From the IMG/VR virus record IMGVR_UViG_3300049043_000188, positions 32,001 to 96,000 of that record: DNA of 64,000 nt; one strand, 5' to 3'. The notes under the pieces are model-generated. The model saw nothing but the letters and a program-made list of their open reading frames with translations. It made no database searches and had not been told where the DNA came from. Positions 48,424-58,260 of the stretch are shown here, piece by piece. Source of the DNA: a virus. The stretch's first letter is position 1. Each line of letters opens with the position of its first letter. Position numbers and translations under genes: made by a program.

Positions 48424-48462
48424 CCACAGGGAGTCCTTGAGACTCCTTTTTTGTCTTATAAT
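48408..48462 (+). promoter_or_regulatory. Composite early promoter with embedded terminator-like hairpin
   Basis: CCAGTT-GGT-AAACTGACCAC, hairpin GGAGTC-CTTGA-GACTCC followed by T6, then TATAAT at 48457. Confidence 0.65.
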
Positions 48463-48490
48463 GACTTCAGTTGAAACAAACAATTTAATT

Positions 48491-49594
48491 ATGTCTCGCA
48501 CTCAAATGACCGACGATCAAATTCTAAATGATCTTAAAAACACTTTCGGCACAGAATTCGTTGCTGCTGATGTTCGTGGTTATTGTGCCTCTAAAAATAT
48601 TTCATATCAAACGGTTACAAAACGTCTTGATAATTTTAAAGTCGGTCGTGGAAAATGGAATCTTGAAGTAACTCAGAAAAAAGTAGAAGAAATCGAACGC
48701 ACTTTTCAAGCACCTGCAGTGATTCCTCCCGTAGAACAAAAACTTATTCCCGAAAAAGATGATACCTTCGTCAAGTTTGGTAACTTTAACGATATTAAAA
48801 AAATTATTCAGTCCCGTCTCTTTTATCCTACGTTCATTACGGGTCTTTCGGGTAATGGTAAAACGTTCAGTGTGGAGCAAGCTTGCGCTCAACTGAATCG
48901 GGAACTGATTCGTGTCAATATTACGATTGAGACTGATGAAGATGATCTGATTGGTGGTTTCCGTCTTGTGAATGGCGAAACTGCCTGGCACAATGGTCCT
49001 GTGATTGAAGCACTTGAGCGTGGTGCAATTCTGCTTCTTGATGAGATTGACCTGGCATCCAACAAAATCCTTTGTCTGCAATCTGTCCTGGAAGGTAAAG
49101 GTGTTTTCCTGAAAAAGATTGGTCGGTTCGTAAAACCCGCTGCTGGTTTCAATGTGATTCGCCACTGCAAATACCAAAGGTAAAGGTTCAGACGATGGTA
49201 GGTTCATCGGAACTAACGTGCTTAATGAAGCATTCCTTGAAAGGTTTCCTGTGACATTTGAGCAATCCTATCCTGCTCCTGCAACCGAACAGAAGATTCT
49301 TGAAGGCGTTGCTCTGGATCTTGGTGTGGAGGATCGTGACTTCTGCAAGACGCCTTGGTTGATTGGGCGGACGTGATCCGTAAAACGTTCTATGATGGTG
49401 GTATTGAAGAAATCATCAGCACACGTCGCCTGGTTCATATCATTCGTGCATATAGTATTTTTGGTGATAAAGCAAAGGCAATCCAGGTGTGTGTCAATCG
49501 TTTTGATGATGAAACCAAGCAATCGTTCTTGGAACTCTATGATAAGATTGATGTTGACTTCCAACTTCCTGTTGACGAACAGCAAGCAAACTGA
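48491..49594 (+). CDS. cobS: CobS/MoxR-like AAA+ ATPase (frameshifted by read errors)
   Basis: [15 protein letters not shown], (T)[36 protein letters not shown]. Confidence 0.9.
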
Positions 49595-49600
49595 TATAAT
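49572..49600 (+). promoter_or_regulatory. Sigma70-type promoter
   Basis: TTGACG-N17-TATAAT with extended -10 TG, overlapping the cobS stop. Confidence 0.8.
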
Positions 49601-49602
49601 AT

Positions 49603-49630
49603 GAGGAGGTAAATGTGCCTCCTCTTTTTT
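49603..49630 (+). terminator. Intrinsic terminator after cobS
   Basis: GAGGAGG-TAAATGTG-CCTCCTC followed by T6. Confidence 0.8.
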
Positions 49631-49650
49631 GTTCTTTTACTATGAAATTT

Positions 49651-50154
49651 ATGTCCGAAAATTTTGAAAGCACTTATGAAAATTCAATTCCCCGTCAAGA
49701 CTTTTGGGAAAATGACGGTATTAGTCTGACTGGAAACCCTTATGCTTCTCCAGATACTATTGTTTTTAGTGGATCTCGTCTTCCTGGTGGTATGGGAGAA
49801 GATCACATCTCATTTAATCCAACGTTTAATGTTAAAGTTCCAGACAATAACAACAACTTCTGGAAGTTTGGAGAAGATAAAACACTGAAAGCAGTTGAAG
49901 AATATATTAAGAGCACCTACAATTCTCATTATGCATCGGAGAATTCAAAGGTTCAAGTTCTTGATATTATTGATGCAATTGGTGATGGTGTTCCTTTCTG
50001 CCGTGACAACCTCATCAAGTACTCCTCTCGTTTTGGTAAAAAGGATGGAATGTCTAAACTTGATGCTCTGAAAATCATTCACTACGGTATTCTTCTGTAT
50101 CACTTTGCTGGATTTAATAATGAAACTGCGAAATCAAACTATGAAACTTTCTGA
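49651..50154 (+). CDS. DUF3310-like (T7 gp1.7 nucleotide-kinase-related) protein
   Basis: SHY...LDIIDAIG...FCRDNLIKYSSRFGKKDG...DALKIIHY pattern. Start could be 49642 or 49651. Confidence 0.65.
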   Translation: MSENFESTYENSIPRQDFWENDGISLTGNPYASPDTIVFSGSRLPGGMGEDHISFNPTFNVKVPDNNNNFWKFGEDKTLKAVEEYIKSTYNSHYASENSKVQVLDIIDAIGDGVPFCRDNLIKYSSRFGKKDGMSKLDALKIIHYGILLYHFAGFNNETAKSNYETF

Positions 50155-50806
50155 CAAGACTCTCTCTGTTTTAAAAAACTTTTCTTCGATTAATCAGTCG
50201 ATTCTTTTTAAACAGGGAAATAAACTTCGCACAATCAGTGTGATGAAGAATATTCTTGCAGAAGCAACAATCACGGAAGAGTTTTCTAAAGACTTTGGTA
50301 TCTATGATTTGAACCAATTTCTTAACGGATTGAATCTACATAAAACACCAGAACTGGATTTTGGTAATGATGGATATGTGGTTATCAAAGAAGGTAAGTC
50401 TCGTTCTAAATATTTCTTTGCAGACCCAAGTGTTATCATCACTCCCCCTGATAAAGCAATCAATCTTCCTAGTGAAGATGTTTGTTTTGAGTTGAGTACT
50501 GAGCAACTTGATAAACTTCTTAAAGCAGCAGCAGTCTATCAACTTCCTGATATTTCTGCGGTTGGTGAAGCAGGTGTAGTTAAACTGGTGGTTCGTGATA
50601 AGAAGAACGATACTTCTAATGATTTTGCAGTTGTTGTTGGAGAGACTGATTCTAAATTTGTCTTCAATTTCAAAGTAGAAAATATCAAAGTTCTTCCTGG
50701 AACTTATGAAGTGGTAGTGTCACAAAAACTTTTGTCACGTTTTACCTCCAAGAACCACGATCTGGTGTATTATATTGCTCTAGAACCAGATAGTCAATTT
50801 GAATGA
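50141..50806 (+). CDS. gp45: Sliding clamp
   Basis: MKLSDKTLSVLKNFSSINQSILFK, FGIYDLNQFL, YYIALEPDS. Confidence 0.94.
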   Translation: MKLSDKTLSVLKNFSSINQSILFKQGNKLRTISVMKNILAEATITEEFSKDFGIYDLNQFLNGLNLHKTPELDFGNDGYVVIKEGKSRSKYFFADPSVIITPPDKAINLPSEDVCFELSTEQLDKLLKAAAVYQLPDISAVGEAGVVKLVVRDKKNDTSNDFAVVVGETDSKFVFNFKVENIKVLPGTYEVVVSQKLLSRFTSKNHDLVYYIALEPDSQFE

Positions 50807-50826
50807 ACATTTGTAAGTATTCTTTT

Positions 50827-50834
50827 TATAAATA
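50827..50834 (+). promoter_or_regulatory. Late promoter TATAAATA
   Basis: Exact consensus after gp45, upstream of the ATG at 50859. Confidence 0.65.
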
Positions 50835-50858
50835 ATTATGTAGTTAGAATGTAAGCAG

Positions 50859-50990
50859 ATGTATTGTTTGGAATGTAATTCTACTCTTGGCAAAAGACAA
50901 AAAAAGTTTTGCTCTCTGTAAATGCATGAATGTACATAACGCAAGAGAATTCGGTATGAAAGCATAGAGAAGAAAAACCAAACAGATACA
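50859..50990 (+). CDS. 5' fragment of a Cys-rich protein, probable HNH homing endonuclease (truncated by read end)
   Basis: MYCLECNSTLGKRQKKFCS..CMNVHNAREFG shows a CxxC...KFCSxxC zinc motif. The nuclease domain is not reached. Confidence 0.45.
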
Positions 50991-51911
50991 AGCAATACTA
51001 TGCGTGTTAAACATTTACGTATTGATGCTCTATGAATATGTGATATGTCTTATATTGAGTGTGCCTGTGAACTGGGGCTGGAATTTGGCGCAGAATGAGT
51101 CAACGGCTGGATCTGGACCAAAGCCCTCAGTTTGTTCGAACGGAGATGTTGCCGCCTTCGTATTTGAAGGAATCTGGATCACACTATAGAATTCTGAAAC
51201 GTGGTTTCGAAATGCAGGCGTCTCCGCAGTGCCGCCATCATGTGGCCATCAATGCTCAGGTGCAAGTTTGCAGGAGCCAGACTGAAGCAAACTATGAATA
51301 CTGGGAGCACGTCATGCCTCATGCCATCAAACTGTGGAAACAACAAGGCTCAGGAGGTTAAAACCTGGCTGCAGTGAGACACAAAAAAAATAACAAACCA
51401 CTTTATGGTTCTTAAAGGTTTGTTCTATTCAAATGTAATCTGTGGGTTAAGTGCAGAGGAAGCTGGCAACATTGTTTTAACCTCATCTCCCTAGCACTTG
51501 TTTGAAGCCTGGTAGCTCTTAAGTTTACAAACTGCATCGGCATAGTCTGCTGAGTTGGTCAAGAGTTGTAGGTGTTAGATTATCAATATTTGTGAAAGTT
51601 CTTGGGTCATACATACGTATAAGTAATGGTAAAATTTCTGAGTATACGTAACTGAACGGGGAGCATTGTAGTTTGGGTGGTGTATTGCCCTATGTGTCTA
51701 GTAGCCTGTTGTCATGAGCATGTCTGGCAGGTTCGACATGATGCGAGCTGCCATCCCGATGACGAGCAGCGGTCCCAGGAGTCTTGGCGAGCCAACGACG
51801 ACTCATCCCAGTGCTTCATCCAAAGGGGTGAGAGAGCCGTGCAGGGTCAAGATGCTCAGCAATACGTAACTGAACGAAGTACGTGCACATAAAACCATCT
51901 TACGTATTGCT

Positions 51912-52108
51912 ACAACAACAACAACAACAGCAGCGATAGCAGCAAGAAGAGCATGAAGAAGAACAGGAAACAATCGAGAACAATAACAAAAGCAAAACCA
52001 ACAACCAACATCAGAAACAAATGCCAAAAACAGGCCCGAACACAAGAACACTAGCAACAACAACAATAACAACAACAAGAGGAACAAAAACAGTAGGATC
52101 AACACCAC
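51912..52108. repeat. Degenerate (CAA/ACA)n low-complexity fragment
   Basis: acaacaacaacaacaacaacagcagc... fills the whole inter-adapter fragment. Confidence 0.8.
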
Positions 52109-52159
52109 AGCAATACGTAACTGAACGAAGACTTACAGAAGATTTAGTTACGTATTGCT

Positions 52160-53699
52160 CAAATTGATAGATCCGTAGCTGTAATCCAACGAGCTCGGAG
52201 ACAAGTTGAAATCCATATTCTTTATAAGCTGAACAAGGACAGAATGCATCTTCTTCGGCATATTTAAGAGAAGAGGCCCCAAAAACAAAAGCTATGCCTT
52301 GACAATAGCCTGTGTCTGGATCGTGAATTGGCAAATGCCTTCAGCACATTAAATAAAGACTGTTGGCCTGGTCCATTTACTTCCCTAAAATGAGGATGGG
52401 TGGGAAAGTTCTTGTCAAATCCCTCTGAATGATCTTTTCATCCTTGGGCGAAGAGCGTGTTAAGAGAGACCTGTACATGGTGGCATAGCGTTTGGTTTTC
52501 CCTTGCACATGAGTTGCCACATCAGACCACGAAGAGTATCTGGGATGCCTCTAGAAAGCTGGACTGTGAAATACTTTGGCTGCTTGCGAATAGTACCCTC
52601 GTAGTCAAGTACCACCCAGAATTCTATGGATATTATACAGTTGCTTAAAAAAACAAAAAAATATTATTTTGGAAAACTAATGAATCCCAGTCAATTTCCC
52701 CATCATGAGAGTAAATCTCCAACTAGATTGTCTTTCAAGAACTGAAAAGCCGATTGTAATTGACCGTTATCACCAACGAGATTCCGTTTTGGGAGTGGGG
52801 CTTATTTAATGATGTAGATGTTTCCAATCTAGAAAGGACAAAGGCGCTCTCTGGGTCCTCTTCTTCTTTAGGAGGTGACGATACGGGGGTTGTCGCAAAA
52901 ATTGACTCGCGACCTCCCCGACCAAAAATGTTGAGGGCAGGAAAAGCTGACGCCTTTCTACCTTGCTGAGGCTGTTGTCGAGCTGCTGAGGAGGGATCTG
53001 AATGAGGCCGTTGCTATGGTGCAGATGATAAGTTATGGGAGACCGAGACGTTACAGGTGGGGTAGTAAATCGGGGCGATATTACCGATTGCCGTTTTATG
53101 ACTGCTTCGGGAACTCTTTCTGTGGGGTGGAGGCGGTGGAGGTGAATTCTTTGATGCGACGTTGATTTTAATACGGGTGGACTAGTTAAGAGGATCATTG
53201 GTAGCGTCAAAGAAGACTGAAGACTCTAAGGATTCCAATCTCTTTACTTTGCAAGGTTTCTTCACCTTCATCTTCTTCTCAGAAATAGTGGCCTTTGCAC
53301 CAGAACTCCCAACAGAGCCACTAGATCGATTTGAGACTGTCCTAGCAGTTGTGACAATCAGAGAGCCGCGAATGGATCCATTCCTAACCTTGCCCACCCA
53401 TGATCCACCAGGTGTGTTTTTACTCGAGTCATCAAACTCGTCCTCGTCTTCTTCATTTTCGTTGGAATTTTCTTCGTTTAGTCTATCTGGAAGATCCTGA
53501 AAGGCCTCTTCCTGTACTTCTTCCACTGGGTAATCATGTCTGATGTCGTCGGCAAACTGACGCTTGACGGAGAGCTTTTTTGACTCTGTGGAGGCTCAAT
53601 CTGAACACCTGAATCCACAGGTTGCTCTCTTCCCTTTGCTGAGTAGCTCACAGGAGATGTCTGAAAATTAGAGACAAAATTTGGACTGAGCTGGGACAT
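52160..53699 (-). CDS. Eukaryotic (fungal-like) Rab-GAP TBC-domain gene, Gyp5/EVI5-like, 3'-truncated, with one short intron at about 52624-52686
   Basis: Hand translation of the minus strand gives EIDW/EFW..VLDYE...GIPDTLRGLMWQLM...IIQRDLTRTFP...GQQSLFNVLKAF...DPDTGYCQG, carrying the TBC catalytic IxxDxxR and YxQ motifs. Long Ser/Pro-rich N-terminus. The AT-rich intron ends in TAG. Confidence 0.8.
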
Positions 53700-54028
53700 T
53701 TTTCTGGATGAGGGTCTTCGTTTTACTCTCTAGTCGCATGGGTTCAATCACCGTTGCCGGTGTCGCTTCTCCGTTAGTCTCTACAACTGCGGTATCCGAG
53801 TCTCATCCCCTGCTCACGAGATTGACTTGACTGCTCTTTCTAATACAAAAAAAAAATCAATATATATCAGAGAGAGAGAGACATTTGGGTTTGAGGAAAT
53901 TTTAAAGATTTAGAGTTGAAAAGTTACAATTGAAAATAATAGAGCAAACAAGCAAAATTCAACTCCTTCGCTACCTCTTTCGAAGTCTTCAACTGGATTC
54001 TTGTCCTTTCGAGTCTCTTTCAATTGTA

Positions 54029-54064
<36 letters not shown>

Positions 54065-54324
54065 ATACTTTGATTCACTTGGTTCAAATTCAGAGGGTCT
54101 TGCTGACTCATAGAATGACTTACATGATCTATCTGTACTTCCTTTCAACCACAAGGGAATTTTTATATTTTCAAAAACAAGGCGTGCAAATTATAATGTA
54201 TCAAAATAAAAATTGTAGACACTCTTTGACAATGAAATCGTTCTTCAAATGTTGACGTCTGAATAACCAATGCATGATTCAGCATGGAAGAAGCAATATG
54301 TACTTGAAATTTTACCGATTTGTC

Positions 54325-54744
54325 CAAGATCTGACACCCTTGAAGATCCCTGGTATTCCAGAATTTGAACAGATTGGTACAATTTAATACCCCCCCCTAA
54401 TACACACACCCAGATTATATCCTAATATCTTGAACACCCACACCCCCACACCCCTAACCACACCCCTAACCACACCCACACTCACACCCTGCACCCCTCC
54501 TACACCCACACCCAACACCCCACACCCACACCCACAGTCAACAGATTCCTAGACCCAGAATCTAGATCCTAGACCCAGACCACCCACCCACCCACCCCAC
54601 ACTCCACACTCAGAATTGCACACCCCTGTCACACTCCTAAATTCATACCCACAGTCACACCCCAACAGCCACACCCATATCTGACACTCATACCCCCCCA
54701 CACCCCAACACCCCCACACTTACCCCACACCCTTACCCACACCC
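54325..54744. repeat. C/A-rich low-complexity fragment
   Basis: Irregular cacccc/cacaccc runs between two degraded adapters. Confidence 0.7.
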
Positions 54745-55899
54745 AGCAATACTGAAACTGAACCAAGGCCCATTCCTGGTTACTGATTGCTCACATTGAC
54801 CGAAGCTCAGCACCGACTCGGTCCACCTTGAGGTACGATGAACGCCGAATTGGCTATCATGGACGAAGTGTGATTCGAGACCTGCACGAAGTTGGCCTCA
54901 ACCGTGGAAGATCGACTAGAACCTTGCGAAGAGTTGCGAGACGTGTCGCAGTTCGAGTCCATTCCGGACCTTCCCTTTGCGGGTCTTGTTTTGGAGAACC
55001 AGACAGTCTTGGGTCCTCCATAGAAACCCAACATCGATTGCCTGCACTCTGCATTGGCTTTCTGCAGCTTCGCGATCGACTCGTTGCAGACACCTAACCT
55101 CGGACTATACCCTGATATTGTTGCTCGAGCATTCTGGGCAGCAGTACTAACCCAACCAACACCAAGTTACGATTGCTTTGCAACACCGACCACAGGGACT
55201 TGAAGTTAAGTACGGCGGGCACGTTGTTGCACATGTCGGACGTAGATTGGGTCGATTGTCGGTGACGCGGACGTCGTCGAGTTGGAGGTCATCGTGGAGC
55301 CTCTAGCGGCGGGATGTGGCAGGAGGCCGTCGAAGAATCCTAGGGCGCAGCAGGGGCATCGCTGCGACCGCAACCGCACGGGAAGAAAGACACACATTGA
55401 AGCCTCCTTGGTGCAAGCTCTGGCTCCTGACAATCGAAAATCAAAATTCTGCTATCAAGAGTAAACATTTTGATTCTTTCTTACAAAGATATCAAAGTAT
55501 AAACAATTAAGTAAATTCAAAAACAACAAGAAACAAGCAACAAGAAATGTATATAAACCCCGCCAAGCCCAGACGCCCGCCAGCGAGACACCAAGTCCAA
55601 ACCTCCCGCCCGCCTTTTTATGGGTTCAGCAGAAAATATATCCTCGCGGGAAGATTCCTCGCTGGAATTTGTCCGACTGCGGAACGTCGCGCAGTCGGTG
55701 TGCCTTTCGCATTGTCCCTCTTGGCGAACCGCCAAGTACAGCGCAGTCGTTGTGCACACCCTTGGCGAAGCGCCAAGACGCGGCCAGTCGTTGCACCGTG
55801 CTGCGTGCCACCATCCGCCGTGGCGCGGGATGCCTTCGCGGGGCAAGGCTGCCACGCCGCCGACCCTACCGCCCGCATCTTCGCTACAACACGGCGGAG

Positions 55900-56393
55900 C
55901 CGAACAGTCGCCGTTCGCGCTGACGGTCCAGCAGCAGCCGGGGCTCCTCATGCACCTCAACCGCATCAGGGTCTCAAGGTCTAACCGCAACTACGTGAAG
56001 GGCCAGTCGATGCCGCTCGGCTGGACGAACTTCCGCCGTGGCGACTCCATCGCCTTCAAGACCACGCGCAGCTCCGCACGTCGTCGCGCTCCAGCGCTAC
56101 GTCAACGACTCCATCAAGGGCACCTACGGCGAGGATCACCGCTGGTCTTCGCTCATGATCAACCGCAACACGGACAGCGAGGTGCACGTCGACCGCTACA
56201 ACAAGAACATGAACGCTCGGCATCGTCGTGGGCATCAACATGGGCGAGGGCGAGGGCGAGCTGCGCGGGGTGGAAGGGCACGTTCAGGAGCTGCTGCCCG
56301 CAGCAACGTCGTGGTCGCGGGCGTCAACCCCTCGTCGGTGCTCCTCGCCGCCCCGAACCACATGGTCATGTTCGACCCGCTCGCGCCCCACTG
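55900..56393 (+). CDS. Fragment of a 2OG-Fe(II) dioxygenase-like protein (start uncertain, truncated by adapter)
   Basis: WSSLMINRNTDSEVHVDRYN (HxD at 56185-56193), G-rich EGEL strand, and MVMFDPLAPH (distal His at 56389). Strong GC3 bias. Confidence 0.45.
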
Positions 56394-56441
56394 AGCAACA
56401 CGTAACTTAACGAGTACGTGCATAAACAGTTACGTATTGCT

Positions 56442-56522
56442 ACCGATTCAATGGTTATTCATAGCATTGACGAAACACTTACTTTAAATGACATTTACGA
56501 TGGCATTTTCAATGACGGATGA
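56442..56522 (+). CDS. 3' end of an upstream bacterial gene, possibly Uma2-family endonuclease
   Basis: DSMVIHSIDETLTLNDIYDGIFNDG-TGA resembles Uma2 C-termini, but only about 25 codons are visible. Confidence 0.3.
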   Translation, partial: TDSMVIHSIDETLTLNDIYDGIFNDG

Positions 56523-57199
56523 AATTAGAATTCAACGCGCGATCAATCAATTTTCTAGCGGCGCTTTGAGGAGATGCACTCACGCTATTTGAAGAATTGG
56601 GCTATCAAAGCTCGCGTACTTCTTGATGTACCCGTTGATAACGTTTTACTCAGTTTCGATCACAAAATGCGTTATGTTCGGAGTGGAACGACGCGCCTTT
56701 TTTGTTTCAACTGACAGAGGAGAATTTAAGCAATATCAAATCATTGCCAACTGATGTTGAAGGCACAATTATTGAGTCGTATCTATTTGTAGCCATTGAA
56801 TTAAAAGAATCTTTTTACTCTCGGACAAAGTTGGTTGAAGATTACGCGAGAACTCAACAAAAAAAGCAATCAACCTGTTTTGATTTTATTCAAACATGGC
56901 GACACGCTAACGTTATCCGTGATTCACCGCCGACTGCATAAACGTGACGAAAGCCGTGATGTTTTAGAAAAAGTCACGTTGCTTAAAGATATTCGTATTA
57001 AAAATACCCATCGGGCGCATCTGATATTTTAGAAAGTTTGGCTTTTGAAAATTTAAAACCTACACCTACAAATTTCGTTGAACTGCACAATGCTTGGCAA
57101 ACTGTTTTAGATACCAAAACACTCAACAAACAATTCTACAAAGAATTATCACAATGGTATTTTTGGGCAATGAAGGAAGTTTATTTTCCTAACACTGAA
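56512..57199 (+). pseudogene. N-terminal part of a Type IIG/Eco57I-like restriction-modification protein, truncated by IS1
   Basis: IIESYLFVAIEL, IHRRLHKRDESRDVLEKVTLLKDI, HRAH, and NFVELHNAW..LDTKTLNKQFYKELSQWYFWA...FP. The frame runs into the IS terminal repeat at 57200. Confidence 0.65.
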
Positions 57200-57981
57200 G
57201 GAGGTGTTCCAAGTAGTGTATGTAATCTAGCATAACCAAATTCATGACGATTAATGAATAATCCGAATACGATAGTGTGCATCAAAAATGTTTTAGAAAA
57301 ACAAATCGTTTGTCTTGCGAGTCGTTTGATGCGAGTGCGGAAAGTAAGGTGTTTAGATTCAATACGTTGTGTGTTTTTCTTTCCAAGAATATGCTTTTCA
57401 TTTTTTTGTGGATGACGACTATATGCTCCCCAAGCATCAGTATACAATCGTTTGATTCCAAAAGGTTTTAATAACTTTCTTAATTGTTTATAGACAGCAT
57501 CTTTTCTTCGACCAAATACATAGGCAAGCAATTTCCCAGTTCGATGATCAATAGCGTGCCACAACCAGCATTGTTCCTCTTTTTTTCCAACAAAACTCCA
57601 CATTTCATCGATTTCGGCTTCCTCTATTTTGACCATTTTTGGATAGAGTTCTTTTAATTCCCGTTGAGTTAACGATTCTAAATAGGGCTTGTTTACTTGA
57701 ATTAGCTTACTTTTCTGCTGTTTCAATCGATCAATCACTGTCATCGGGCTAATTTTTAACACTCGAGACGTATCTCTAATTCCTGAACTATTGATTGCCA
57801 TATCGATGATTTGATTCGTCATCCAGTTATATTTTGCTTGATAGATATATTCAAGTTGAAACGTTTTTGTTTGACAAAACGTGTTCCGACACAAAAATCT
57901 TTCATTTCCCTTTACATCATGACCGTGTCTGACAACTTCTGTTTTCTTGCAATGCGGACATTTTACTAAAATTGTTGCCAT
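57181..57981 (-). CDS. IS1 transposase, InsA and InsB in one frame
   Basis: CPHC...C..C zinc ribbon, HTH SGIRDTSRVLKIS, and DDE motifs IDEMWSFVGKK, YTDAWGAY and TQRIESKHLTFRTRIKRLARQTICFSK. Confidence 0.93.
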   Translation of the reverse strand: MATILVKCPHCKKTEVVRHGHDVKGNERFLCRNTFCQTKTFQLEYIYQAKYNWMTNQIIDMAINSSGIRDTSRVLKISPMTVIDRLKQQKSKLIQVNKPYLESLTQRELKELYPKMVKIEEAEIDEMWSFVGKKEEQCWLWHAIDHRTGKLLAYVFGRRKDAVYKQLRKLLKPFGIKRLYTDAWGAYSRHPQKNEKHILGKKNTQRIESKHLTFRTRIKRLARQTICFSKTFLMHTIVFGLFINRHEFGYARLHTLLGTPPSVLGK

Positions 57982-58037
57982 TTAAATTTTCTTCAAATGC
58001 TGTAATTTTATCTCACCCACAAATTTGGAACACCTCC
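57200..58037 (-). mobile_element. IS1-family insertion sequence (838 bp)
   Basis: Perfect 13-bp terminal inverted repeats GGAGGTGTTCCAA (57200-57212) and TTGGAACACCTCC (58025-58037) enclose the transposase. No direct target duplication visible. Confidence 0.88.
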
Positions 58038-58257
58038 CTTCAATGAGATAGTCAATAAAAATGTTATTGATGACAATGACGCTGGCGTTGTCATATTCCT
58101 CAATCAAATAATAATTACCCGTCACACCGTCAAAATTCAATTCGTAATCAGGAACAGTGTCGCCAATGTAGTAATTACTTAAACCGCAACCGCAGTGGAG
58201 TTTTTTGGTTTGAATTTCTTTGCCTTCTTTGGTGTAAAAGCTATCGAACATGCCCCA
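58038..58257 (-). pseudogene. Hypothetical gene 3'-truncated by IS1
   Basis: MGMFDSFYTKEGKEIQTKKLHCG... reads into the IS terminal repeat at 58037. Confidence 0.5.
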
Positions 58258-58260
58258 TTT

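Larger units (their letters stand above)
1..50990 (+). other. T4-like cyanophage (Kyanoviridae-type myovirus) genome segment, structural plus recombination/replication region
   Basis: Gene order gp7-gp8-VrlC-gp13-14-15-16-17-18-19-20-21-22-23-3-uvsY-uvsW-55-47-46-cobT-cobS-45 matches cyanomyoviruses. AT-rich, with NATAAATA late promoters. Ends at an ONT adapter remnant at 50991. Confidence 0.95.

Noticed and set aside
45788-49585. Long minus-strand ORFs (e.g. 45788-46402, 48602-49207) as antisense genes
   Set aside because: They are shadows of well-supported plus-strand genes, with no recognisable motifs or expression signals.
1-50990. Numerous frameshifts in phage genes as pseudogenisation, programmed frameshifting or stop-codon recoding
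   Set aside because: The breaks hit essential genes (gp17, gp18, gp22, gp46, gp55) at irregular positions, often in homopolymers. They are frame changes, not in-frame stops of one type, which fits single-read indel errors.
1-50990. tRNA genes, introns/inteins or photosynthesis genes (psbA, hli) often present in cyanophages
   Set aside because: None seen. Intergenic gaps are short, and gp17, gp20, gp23 and UvsW are of normal length.
51031-51857. Short fragments with ORFs 51095-51361 and 51677-51892
   Set aside because: The first may be a eukaryotic exon, but I recognise no family. The second runs into an adapter. No call can be supported.
54325-54744. CCCTAA-type telomere array
   Set aside because: Only a couple of CCCTAA units occur within irregular C/A low-complexity, probably low-quality sequence.
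54792-55139. ORFs in this fragment and in 61040-61369 and 61685-62301
   Set aside because: They are short, error-prone fragments with several competing frames and no recognisable motif.
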